64,000 nucleotides of DNA from Octopus vulgaris. Its lineage: Eukaryota. The notes beneath the pieces are model-generated. The model was not told the origin of the DNA and searched no databases. It saw only the letters and a program-made list of their open reading frames with translations. The stretch's first letter is position 1, and each line of letters starts with the position of its first letter. Shown here one piece after another: positions 26,458 to 38,585 of the stretch. The stretch covers positions 33,294,001 through 33,358,000 of the forward strand of contig OX597830.1 of the NCBI GenBank assembly GCA_951406725.2, given 5' to 3'. A program made the position numbers and the translations under genes.

Positions 26458-27473
26458 GTATATGCATATTCTTTTATTCTCTAATAACTAAAAAGAACTA
26501 CGCATATTTAGGTCATCTTTCTTGCACTTTAGCATAGTTTATTTAAAGTAGCACAGCCATATTGATCAGACCACTAATAATGGTGATGGGATGTGGGGTG
26601 GGGGAGATGATGAAAAAGATTGGAGAAAATGATTTTGATTTCTTCACTTTATTCTTTTGTATTATTTATTTATTTATTTATTTATTTATAGTAATTGCTG
26701 AAGAATCTTTTATTGGATATTGACTGCAAATAAAAATTTCATTATTCAAAGTTGGAACCAAAATCTGGAAGAAAAAAAATATAATGAAAATAAATGTTAA
26801 GTTTGGATTTGAAACCTCTGCCCCTCATAATACTTTCTTAGAAATAACTTAAACCTCCTAACACCCATGAATTTGGCAAAACGTTAAAAACACTTGGATT
26901 CTTTTGCATGTCTTGAGTCCTGACAGAACATGTCAGGAAACTAAGAACTTAAGAATATTGGTACATAAGACATCAAATACAAACAATTCAAAATAGACCA
27001 ATGCTTATTTAACATGTCTATAAATTATCTTTACAATTTAGTACAATAAATTGTAGAAGTTGTACAGATAATTTATACATAGGCTGTAGAATGGCGGCCT
27101 TAAATTTCGATTACCTATTTGATAAGACTATGAAATTAGATATTGGTTTTTTTCATTTAAAGAAGCATGTTCAGCCTTACTACACACGCTTTCAGTTATG
27201 ATATTCATTTACAGTCCCAAAGATGTACACACAAGTAGATATATAAATATATATATACATATAAATACAGAAATACATAAATATACATATAATATGTAGT
27301 ATATACATACAGGTGTGTCTATGATCATTGAGTGTGTAAATGAATGTGAGTAGTTAATATACAGCATTGAGTTCATTCAATCACTTAAAACTGAATCCTG
27401 GCTTGGTCGCAACTATACAAATATACATTGCAGAATATACATACATACATAAACATGTACATAGCACCCCACA

Positions 27474-27511
<38 letters not shown>

Positions 27512-28580
27512 ATATAAATATATATGTTTATATATATATATATATGTACATAGATGTATGTATAATTGCAATATACATTCATGTGTGTGTATATATATGT
27601 TTATATATATATGTAATTAAAATATATGTATGTGCTCCATGTATACATATTTATATTTCTCTAGGAACCATGGCATTATGATAAAATAGATTCATATATT
27701 CTAATGATAAATGGTAAAATTATGGTACCTACTTAGCATGGCATAGAAGAAAGTGAAATAAATTTATGTGTGTATATGAAAACAAACACATATCTGCACA
27801 TATACATATCTCCTTGCAGGTATGCATAAGTATATATATACATACATATATATATATATATATAGACATACATATATATATATATATACACACACATATA
27901 TTTCTACATAGTATATGTATATTTATATACGAATAAGATAAATGTAGTGTAGATGTTAGTATATCTATGTATGTGTTTTTTCGAATGAACAAACATGATA
28001 TCTTCTCATTTTAAATACAATATTTCTTAAACAATTTTTTTTTTTACTCTTCTCATTTATTAAGTTAACAAAAAAACTAATAAAATGAAAACATAAGACA
28101 GAGATGAAACAAATACAAAATAAAGAAAATACTTCAGAAAACAATATAACATAAAACTTAAAAAGTTACAAGAAATCCTACATTTGGTGAAGACATTTTT
28201 ATAACAATTCTATAGTACAGTTAAAATTACATTCGGCATCATTTAAAACAAACATTTTATTTTTTTTTGCTTTGGGAATGTTTTTATCATAAATCTGTTT
28301 TCTCTGTTGCTTCTTCTTTTTACTTTTTTTCCATATTTCTCTTATTTTTATATTTTAAAAGTTTATCTTATCAGTTTATGTATATTTGTACACGCGCTTA
28401 TATATTTGATTCTACGTATGTGTTTCTATAATGTATTTTGGTGTAAATATATATGTTTGTGTGGGCAACATACATTTATCATACATTCATACATCTTCAT
28501 ACAAAATATATGACTATAAAATATATGTACGTAATATATATATATATATATATATGTAAATATATATGTATATATATATG

Positions 28581-28611
<31 letters not shown>

Positions 28612-29039
28612 GTATATATGAATATGTGTGTATGTGTACCTGTGCATAATGTGTATGCACACGCAAACGCATATACTCCACATGCTGACACATAAACGCA
28701 CACAATATACATGATATAGATATATGTATACAAACATGTATATCAGGAACGATAATTACAGTTTCCCTCTTTACTTCATGTTGTTGTAATTGTCATTTGA
28801 AAAAAACTTTGTTTTATTGTGTGATTATTATTAGTATTTTTTTTTTATTATTTCTCTTATTAATGCATTTTTACAAAAGTTATTGTTATCACATTTTTAT
28901 TAGTTTCTTTCTGTTTTCTTGTTTTTGGCCTTTACTAAATTACCATTTTGTATACATATTTTTCTGCAAAATTTACATAAACTAATTATGACATTCATAA
29001 AAGAAGACAAACCACAATCTGCAGTAAAGATATACACAC

Positions 29040-29076
<37 letters not shown>

Positions 29077-29114
29077 CGCATATACATATATAGATAAATG
29101 TAGATATGAATTTA

Positions 29115-29208
<94 letters not shown>

Positions 29209-29589
29209 TATATATATATATGTTTATATATATATATGTTTGTGTGTATATGTTTGTATGTATCTACATATCTATATAACTATGTACACATCTAAACTCC
29301 AGCTCTTTATGAATATGGCTAGCATATGTGATATATGTGTGTATGTACACATACACACACACAAACACTGACATTCAGACATTCACCACACATATATATA
29401 TATACATATACATACATATGAATATTTGTCATAAATGTACAGAGACATATGCCACTGTATAGCTCAGATAGAAAAATACATACAATTTTCAAGGTGCCTC
29501 AAAGATTTTGTTGAATATATTTATACTGTTATTTCAGAATTTAACAGCCATAATACGTAGCAACCAAAAATATAACTATTAATAATGGC

Positions 29590-30795
29590 AATAATAATAA
29601 TGGTAATAGGAATAGTAGTAATAACAGAGATGATGATGGTGATGACGATGATGACAATAATGGTGAAGCTGATGACATCATGATGATGATGGTTGTGGTG
29701 ATGTTGATGATGACAATGATGATGGTAGTGGTGATGGTCATGCTGGTGGTGGTGGTGTTGTTGTTGTTGTTGGTGTTGGTGGTGTTGGTGGAGGTGGTGT
29801 TGGTGGTGGTGTTCGTTGTGGTGGTGTTGTTGGTGGTGGTGGTGGTAGTGGTGATGAGGATGCTGATGATGATGAAGATGAAGATGATGATGGTGGTGAT
29901 GATGATGATGGTGGTATTGGTGGTGGTAGTGGTGGCGGTGATAATGATGATGAGGACGACAATGATGATGGTGGTGGTGGTGATGGTAATGGTGGTGGTG
30001 GTGTTGTTGTTGTTGGTGATGGAGTAGTGGTGATGATGCGGATGAGGATGATGATGATGATGAGAAGGATGCTGATGATGATGAGGAGGATGCTGATGAT
30101 GATGATGAAGATGATGATGATGATGATGATAATGGTGAAGCTGATGATGACATGATGATGATGATGATGGTGATGGTGGTAATGGTGGTAATGGTGGTGG
30201 TAGTGTTGGTGGTGATAATGATGATGAGGACGACAATGATGATGGTGGTGGTGGTGATGGTAATGGTGGTGGTGGTGTTGTTGTTGTTGGTGATGGAGTA
30301 GTGGTGATGATGCGGATGAGGATGATGATGATGATGAGAAGGATGCTGATGATGATGAGGAGGATGCTGATGATGATGGTGGAGGTGATGGTGGTGGTGG
30401 TGGTAGTGGTGGTAGTGATGAGGATGATGATGATGATGATGATAATGATGATAACGACGACCATAACAGTGATGTTGATGAGGACATGATGGTGATGGTG
30501 GTAGTGGTGGTGGCGGTAATGATGGTGGTAGTGATGAGGATGATGATGACAACAACAATGATGGTGGTAGTGGTGATAATGAGGATGATGATGATGATGT
30601 TGATGGTGATGATGATGGTGGTAGTGGTGGTGGTGATGAGGATGATGATGATGTTGATGGTGATGGTGATGGTGGTAGTGGTGGTGGTGGGGGGTGACAA
30701 TGATGATGATACTGATGATGACAATGATGGTGGTGATGGTCGTCATCATTGTGTCAGTGTTAATGATGATGATGATGATCATCATCATCATTGTT
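29590..30795. repeat. Compound (GAT/GGT/GTT)n trinucleotide field with a ~165-bp internal duplication
   Basis: 29937-30103 repeated at 30211-30377. Confidence 0.92.
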
Positions 30796-31584
30796 AACAT
30801 ATATATAATTTTTTTTTCCTTCCCTGTTGTTTCCATTTAGGCAACAACTTCATATTTTAATAATTGAAGGCTTAGGTTAGTTGCTTTAATTTTTAGATTA
30901 TTTCTTGTCTTTACTCTTTTTCCTTTTTGTTCCATTCCATTATAGTTGTTAGGTATTTTTTAAGAAACCTTTTTTTTTTGTTTTTGCCTCCCCCTTTTAC
31001 TCATTGAGACTTAAACCCATAAGAATGTCGACATTTCATGATGGCTGCCAAATCTTGCTTCATAATGGAAAATTGAGATATGGCTTTGGCATAAAATGCT
31101 TCTTGCCACATTCAACATTATCAGAATATCTGGGACTACATATACACATGTGTGTGTGTGTGTGTGTGTGTCTATGTGTGTGTGTGTGTGTGCATTCATT
31201 TGGAATGTGTATCGATCTCAGTTTTTATGCTCATATGCTTATGTTTTTGTTAAATAAAGTTACATAGGTATTTCAGAGAGGAAGGGAGAGGGAGTTTAAA
31301 AATGCAAAAACAAAAAAAAAAAACCTCAAAAAAGCAGACAAAAAAAGCATAGTAAAACAGGTCGAAGGGCAATTAATCTTTCAAAGATAGTCATTAAAGT
31401 TTGAGAAAACTGATAAAGGTCTGCATCATGAAGAATCAATTTATAATATATAGAGGTTAAGTTGTCAGACAACTGGTCTCATGCTCATGTGTTTAAAATT
31501 TAAAAACAACAGCAAATGTGTTAAAACACACAGAAGTGTTAAAACACACAGATGTGTTTGCTCCTGTTTATTTTGTGTTATCAT

Positions 31585-31732
31585 CATTATTTACATTATT
31601 TACATTTGACAGATATTTGTCCTCCTCTTGTTTGTTGTTAGCACAACATTTCGGCCAATATACCCTCCAGACTTCATCAGGTGTCTTGCGGAAATTTCTA
31701 GCCTGGGTTCGCATTCCTAAGGTATTTTTTGA

Positions 31733-31772
<40 letters not shown>

Positions 31773-32694
31773 GTTAGGATGCTGAGCGAAACGCTTAGCG
31801 GTATTTCGTCTGCCGTTACGTTCTGAGTTCAAATTCCGCCGAGGTCGACTTTGCCTTTCATCCTTTCGGGGTCGATAAATTAAGTACCAGTTACGCACTG
31901 GGGTTGATGTAATCGACTTAATACCTATGTCTGTCCTTGTTTGTCCTCTCAATTATTATTGTTATTATTATTACTCAGGTCACTACCTGGAATCGAACTC
32001 AGAATCTAGGGTTAGTAGCCCGTGCTCTTAATCACTACACCATATGCCCGTGGGCAATTATGGAGTGAATTTTAGGGCTTATAAGTCTAATATTTTCCTA
32101 TCCTTCCTTAAAAACAAACAAGATGAGGACAAATATCCGTCAAATGTAAATAATCTATATATATAAAACTGTAGTTGTGTGAGTGTCTGTCCCCTTCGAT
32201 TTAGATTCCTAACTACTCCCACATTTTGCGGTGCAATTTCGGGTATCTTATAGTCGTGATTCATATCGAGCCCGTCTGAGTATTAGTGCGCGTCTACAAT
32301 GAGTCTACGATTTTAAAAATAATTTAACATCATTTTTTATTCCATTTTAATGCATAATTTTTCATGTGTCGATGGTGGCGGAGTTGGCGTCCATGGTTAC
32401 ACCAGCACCTGTTTGCTTCTCCCCCTTCTTCCCTCCCTCGTGAAGCTGTGGGGAAGGGAGTGTAAGGGAATCAACGTCGTAAAGCGTTGTCAAGGAGACC
32501 AGCGTTCTTTTAGAACAACGACTTCATGGCTTGAAGACACCAAAACAGAAATGGCTAAGAAAGCCCGAATTGGCATCTATAAGGGAAGTAACTCTCTAAA
32601 AATGCTTATATAGTTATTTCTCTTACAAACCCGAGCAATGCCGGGCGATAATGCTAGTGTAACATAATTCCTCATCTCTTAAATACAGAACTGT
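31585..32694 (-). mobile_element. tRNA-promoter + hammerhead fold-back element, copy 1, interrupted by a Nin-SINE (31778-31950) and a Helitron
   Basis: A box complement 32032-32042, B box complement 31989-31999, (AAT)n, hammerhead 31640-31685, inverted terminal copy 32112-32153 + 32658-32694. Confidence 0.75.
32154..32657 (+). mobile_element. Non-autonomous Helitron
   Basis: A|TC...CCCGAGCAATGCCGGGC...CTAG|T; removing it restores GTAAATAA|TGTA, as at ~33585. Confidence 0.9.
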
Positions 32695-32998
32695 AGTGTT
32701 ATGTTTAATCCAATGAGCATCAAAAATGTTATAAGAAAAAATTATGAAGACAGGGAGACGCACCACTAGCTTAACGCTTTAGCATTTAAACCTGCCATAC
32801 AGGGTGCAAATATTCTGCGTGTTTGATGTTCAAGGTGGTCTGATCTGGCTTCTCATGCTTACACTGCAATGTCTTTCTAAAAATGTGCAACCTCTTCATC
32901 AAAATCTCGACGATATGAAATGATGCAGGATTATTTCAAAACAATGTGAATACATTAGCTTTATATTTGACTGAGTATAGAAGACAACTTTTAATGTA

Positions 32999-33272
32999 CA
33001 TTATTTATATTGCTTACATTTGACGGATATTTGTCCTCATATTGTTTGTTGTTAACACAATGTTTCAGCTGATATACCCTCCAGCCTTCATCAAGTGTCT
33101 TGGGGGAAATTTCGAACCTGAGTTCTCATTCCTCAGATTTTTTTATGTTGTTGTTGTTAGTGTTATTATTGTTATTATTATTGTTGCTGTTGTTATTGTT
33201 GTTGTTGTTGTTGTTGTTGTTCTTGTTCTTCTTATTATCATCATCATCATCATCATCACCACCACCACCACC

Positions 33273-33342
<70 letters not shown>

Positions 33343-33626
33343 TCATTATTGTTATTATTATTCGGGTCACTGCCTGGAATCGAACTTGGAATCTTTGGGT
33401 TAGTAGCCTGTGCTCTTATTCACTACGCCCAATGTGAAAAATGCCTTAGGAATGAGAAACCAGGTTCGAAATTTCCCCCAAGACACTTGATGAAGGCTGG
33501 AGGGTATATCAGCTGAAACATTGTGTTAACAACAAACAATATGAGGACAAATATCTGTCAAATGTAAATAATGTAAATAAAGTAAATAATGTATATAATT
33601 CCTTATCTCTTAAATATAGAACTGTA
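32999..33626 (-). mobile_element. tRNA-promoter + hammerhead fold-back element, copy 2
   Basis: ~130-bp inverted arms 33014-33143 / 33437-33566, each with a hammerhead motif; A/B box complement 33420-33429 / 33376-33386. Confidence 0.8.
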
Positions 33627-34009
33627 TTAAGTTTGAATGTGTTTAATTGTTATGAAAGAGAGGGAGACAGAAAGAGAGAGAGAGACAGAGAGAGAAATTG
33701 ACAGCTAGATATAGATAGAGATATTTGGCTTCTAAAAATGTGCTATCTCTTCATCAAAACCTCGATGATATGAGATGATGCTGGATTATTTCAAAACAAT
33801 GTGAATACATAAGCTTTATATTTGAGTACAGAAGACAACTTTTAATGTATTTAATTGTTATGGGAGTGAGAGAGAAAGAGAGAAAAAGAGAGAGAGAGAG
33901 AGAGAGGTGGGTGAATAGATAGCTAGATATAGATATAGATATTTATGTGCATAGATGCTTAAATATATGTGTAGTTGAAGTCAAATCAAGTAAGACCAAT
34001 TTCTAGACC

Positions 34010-34682
34010 TCTTTTACTCTTTTACTCTTTTACTTGTTTCAGTCATTTGACTGCGGCCATGCTGGAGCACCGCCTTTAGTCGAGCAACTCGACCCCGGGA
34101 CTTATTCCTTGTAAGCCCGGTACTTATTCTATCGGTCTCTTTTTGCCAAACCGCTAAGTGACAGGGACATAAACACACCAGCATCGGTTGTCAAGCAATG
34201 CTAGGGGGACAAACACAGACACACAAACACACACGCACACATATATATATATATATACATATATACTCTTACTCTTTTTTTAGTCTTTTACTTGTTTCAG
34301 TCAGTTGACTGCGACCATGCTGGAGCAACGCCTTTAGTCGAGTAACTCGACCCCGAGATTTATTCTTTGTAAGCCCAGTACTTATAATATCGGTCTCTTT
34401 TGCCGAACCGCTAAGTGACGGGGACATAAACACACCAGCATCGGTTGTCAAGCAATGCTAGGGAGACAAACACAGACACACATACACACATGCACATATA
34501 TATATATATACATATATACGACGGGCTTCTTTCAGTTTCCGTCTACCAAATCCACTCACAAGGCATTGGTCGGCCCGAGGCTATAGTAGAAGACACTTGC
34601 CCAAGGTGCCACGCAGTTGGACTGAACCCGGAACCATGTGGCTGGTAAGCAAGCTACTTACCACACAGCCACTCCTGCGCCT
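34010..34682 (-). mobile_element. Two tandem SINE A copies (3' half plus complete)
   Basis: Consensus-like with CpGs retained. Confidence 0.9.
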
Positions 34683-34879
34683 GTTTCACTCTAAGAAACA
34701 TCTCCACCTTGGTCTCTCCATCACAGATGAGGTCTTCCAATATGGCTCCAGCAACTGGCAAGGGAACTTCGAGTCAATTGACACTGACCAGCAACAGCCT
34801 GAACATCTGGATGCTGAAACCACTTGCAGACCCCCACCACACACACGTACACACATACATTAGACAATAAGCCCATATA

Positions 34880-35101
34880 TCATCATCATCATCATCATCA
34901 TCATCGTCGTCGTTGTCGTCGTCATCACCATCATCATTAGTATCAGCATTTAACGTTTGTTGTCCATGCTGGCATGGGTTGGAAGGTTTGACCAGAGCTG
35001 GTAAGCTGGAGAGCTGCACCAGGTTCCAGTCAGATTTGACATGGTTTCTACAGCTGGATGCCCTTCCTAACACCAACCACTTTACAAAGTGTACTGGGTG
35101 C
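34880..35101 (-). mobile_element. Meta-domain SINE (family C)
   Basis: CTACAGCTGGATGCCCTTCCTAACACCAACCAC. Confidence 0.8.
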
Positions 35102-35126
35102 TTAGCAGTTTTGCTGCAGACTATAT

Positions 35127-35301
35127 ATATGTGAACATAATCAAAAAGGGTAATAACATAGGTTATTATTACCAGTGGCCTAGCACAAAAGACGAATTAG
35201 TCATTAGACAAAATATTAGTCTAATGACTAATTCGTCTTTTGTGCTAGGCCACTGGTAATAATAACCTATGTTATTACCCTTTTTGATTATGTTCACATA
35301 T
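35127..35301. repeat. Perfect palindrome, 83-bp arms, 9-nt spacer
   Basis: 35127-35209 is the exact reverse complement of 35219-35301. Confidence 0.95.
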
Positions 35302-35453
35302 TACTTGATAAATTTGTTCGTAAAATTTTTTAGAGGCATGCCCTATGTCGTCGAGTATATTTTGCATCTGCGCAGAGATTTGAAAAGTTAAGATATACAA
35401 CTTGTTAGATCGACATGTGCTCTAACGCTCTGTGCATCTAGAATTAGGAAGGC

Positions 35454-35533
35454 GTCCCACTGACGAACCTTGCCTTGGCAAACATATTCTGTCTGTTTTG
35501 CTAGAAAGAGGTAGAAACTGATTAGTCCGGGAT
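35454..35533 (+). ncRNA. Type I hammerhead ribozyme motif
   Basis: TCCC-A-CTGACGA-ACCT...AGGT-A-GAAAC-TGATTA-GTC-C-GGGA. Confidence 0.65.
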
Positions 35534-35634
35534 ATATCGTTAATGGTAAATGTTTTTGATTTTCACTCTCTCCATGAATTTATCCCTCTTTGTGTCTCTA
35601 GCACTAAGCTTCCTTATTTGGGAGCCTTTTATTA

Positions 35635-35703
<69 letters not shown>

Positions 35704-35706
<3 letters not shown>

Positions 35707-36092
35707 TGCAGGAGTGACTATGTGTTAAGTAGTTTGTTTATCAACCACATGGTCCTGGGTTCAGTCCCATTGCATGGCACCTTCGGCAAGTGTCTTCTAC
35801 TATAGCCTCGGACCAACCAAAACCTTGTGAGTGGATTTGGTAGATGGAAACTGGAAGAAGCCCATCATATATGTATGTGTGTGTATATGTTTGCGTGTCT
35901 GTGTTTGATCCCCCAACATTGCTTGACAACTGAAGGTGGTGTGTTTACGTCACCGTAACTTAGCATTTCGGCAAAAGAGACTGATGGAATAAGTACTAGG
36001 CTTACAAAGGATAAGCTTTGGGGTCGATTTGCTCAACTAAGGGCGGTGCTCCAGCATGGCCGCAGGCAAATGATTGAAACAAGTAAAAGAGT
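35704..36092 (+). mobile_element. SINE A
   Basis: Full head-to-tail match. Confidence 0.87.
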
Positions 36093-36326
36093 ATGTGTAT
36101 GTGTATATATTGTTTATATATATATATATATATAGATATATATATATATATATAGGAGACCAAAGTGTACGTATGCTGTTATATTTTTATATATAAAAAC
36201 ATATGAAAATGGGACAAGAATGCAAAACTTCCAGACAGCTAGGTGATACATACATATATATAGATATATACATATATACAGTGCTTTCAGTGCTTTCAGT
36301 GTTTTCAAATCCAAACCAGGGAGTTC

Positions 36327-36379
36327 TGAGCTGATGATAGAAGTGTCGAGTTTGACTAATCTTGAAACGTACGTTCTCA
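36327..36379 (+). ncRNA. Type I hammerhead ribozyme motif, intact core
   Basis: TGAG-CTGATGA-TAGA..GTC/GAC..TCTT-GAAAC-GTAC-GTT-CTCA; palindromic AACGTACGTT. Confidence 0.75.
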
Positions 36380-36658
36380 AATAACCTTTGCATTTGATTT
36401 TTTAATGTTTCTACCCTCATACTTTCGTGAGTTGAATTGAACAAGCACTATATGAGAGAGATTTTCTTTAAGTATTGGAAATAGTTTTAAAAAGTTTTTT
36501 TAGCTGCTATTTCTAATGAGTTCAGTATGCGGCAAAGTAATTTATTTTACTAAGCCCTTTTATATAATGTAATAATTTGAATTCGCCTAAAATGGTCCCT
36601 TTGCATACTGAATACTTGGTGAAATTGATTAATTAATTAATTTTACCCTCAATTGTTG

Positions 36659-36723
<65 letters not shown>

Positions 36724-36880
36724 ATAAACCTTTACATAAATAAATAACGTGAAATACACGAAGGGACGAACAAAAAGACAAACGGGTTATTCAAACCCTC
36801 ATTCTTCAGTCAGAAACTGATCCCTCATCGCAGATTTCGACATACATATATACATACATACATATAGACATATATATATA

Positions 36881-36913
<33 letters not shown>

Positions 36914-37070
36914 GTATATACACGTGTATATATTTATATATATATATATATTGTTATATTTCGGAATGGTCATATTGCCAGTTTAGCCAATAAAAACACA
37001 CGCACTGTATATTTGCTGTTATTTTGCTTCAGTGTTATTTATTTTTTTACATTAATCTTAACCTTATTTC

Positions 37071-37115
37071 GGCCCGAGTTCTTTCGTCACACTCCTGTGA
37101 CTGCATCAGTGGTCC
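37071..37115 (-). ncRNA. Degenerate hammerhead motif
   Basis: Minus GGACCA-CTGATGC-A-GTCACA-GGAG-TGTGAC-GAAA-GAA-CTC-GGGCC; perfect helix II, altered A9. Confidence 0.45.
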
Positions 37116-37714
37116 TTTGTTTTCTTCTTTCTTATTTGTGTCTCTCCTTACTAACCGTCAGCCATTTTGTATTTCTATTGTATGTCTTTATTTGCGCATG
37201 CTTATATTTCTATGTGCGTCTGTGTTTATTTAGTGTGTGTATGTGGGGGAGTGCCTGTAGTATTTGTATCTTCTTTTTATATACGTTCATGCAATTTGTA
37301 TTTTGTTTTTGTTGTTGTTGTTTTTGTTTATTCTTATTTTGTTCATGTGTTTACATCCACTTATTATTATCATTACATCTATACTTTTACCTTTCTCCTC
37401 CCACATATTCGCCTTCATGCTTCAAACAAATTTTCAAAGTTTTCCTCCGACTCGGAAGAAATTGGTGGCAAATTCATGTTTTTTGCCGCTTCCCCCAATT
37501 GAAACAAGGGGAAAAGAACAGCAAAGCTCTGCTGCAACAGCAGAAAAGAAGTGGTCTCGACGACCAAAACAGCAAATTTTCAAAATTTTCAGCACAAAAA
37601 TAATCTTTCAATGCGGAGCAAAGAATAACACGACTGATAAGAGAGAGAAGGAGAGAGAGTTAAAATTTAAATAAGATATTGTAAGTGATGCAAAGGGAGA
37701 GAGAGAGAAAGAGA

Positions 37715-37758
<44 letters not shown>

Positions 37759-38239
37759 GATAAAAAAACAAACAAAAGAAAAATCATAATTATGAATTGA
37801 GAAAGAGATTGAAAGAATGAAGCAAAAATATTTTTTTAAAATTACAACAGGTACAACAACAGCAACAATAATAGTCATATGAGAAGGAGAGAGAGTGAAT
37901 GAGAGAGAGGGTGTGTGTGTGTGTGTCTGAATGTGTGCGAAGTCTCTAAAAAATGGAAACTGTGTACATGTTTGTTCATGTGGTTATGTTTGTATTTTTG
38001 TGATTGAGAAGGTGAGAAAGTATGTGTGTGTATATGTGTGTGTGTGTGTGTATGTGATAGAGAGAGAGAGAGTGAGAGAGTAGGTGAGAGAGAGAGAAAT
38101 ATGAGTGTTGGGATGAAGGGGAACATGGTAGCTTTCAAAGAAATTTTTTTTTTTTTTTTACAAATTAAATTCAACATTTAGCATGTCTTAAATGTCAGAA
38201 GTTAAATATCTTAAACCTGTGGAGACCTAATTAAATAAA

Positions 38240-38585
38240 CAACAACAACAGCAACAACAACATTAACAACAGCAACGACAACAATAACAACAACAACAGC
38301 AACAACAACGACGACATCAGCTGCAATGACAGCAGCAATAACGAAGATAACATTGTCAACCTTAATAACAACACCAGTAACAATGGACAAAACAACAATA
38401 AAAATTTACAACAATAACAAAAATAAAAACCAGTGATGTGGACAACAGCAATAACAACAGAAATAAATCAGGAGCAGTAGATACAGCAGCTGCAATGGTT
38501 ATCTATAACAACAACAACAACAACAACAACAGCACCGTCAACAACTAGTAGCAATACCAATAAAAACTATATTGATAACAGCAAC
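38240..38585. repeat. Degenerate (AAC)n field
   Basis: Directly visible. Confidence 0.85.

Noticed and set aside
29521-30836. Longest ORFs (328-431 aa, poly-His/Thr/Ser/Ile)
   Set aside because: Open in several frames only because the trinucleotide repeats lack stops; no domain, and the internal duplication breaks frame.
31976-32056. tRNA gene
   Set aside because: Has A/B boxes but no acceptor-stem pairing or poly-T terminator; it is an element head. The same applies to the SINE heads.
37013-37603. 196-aa hydrophobic ORF
   Set aside because: Non-ATG start, driven by T-rich low complexity, overlaps a repeat insert.
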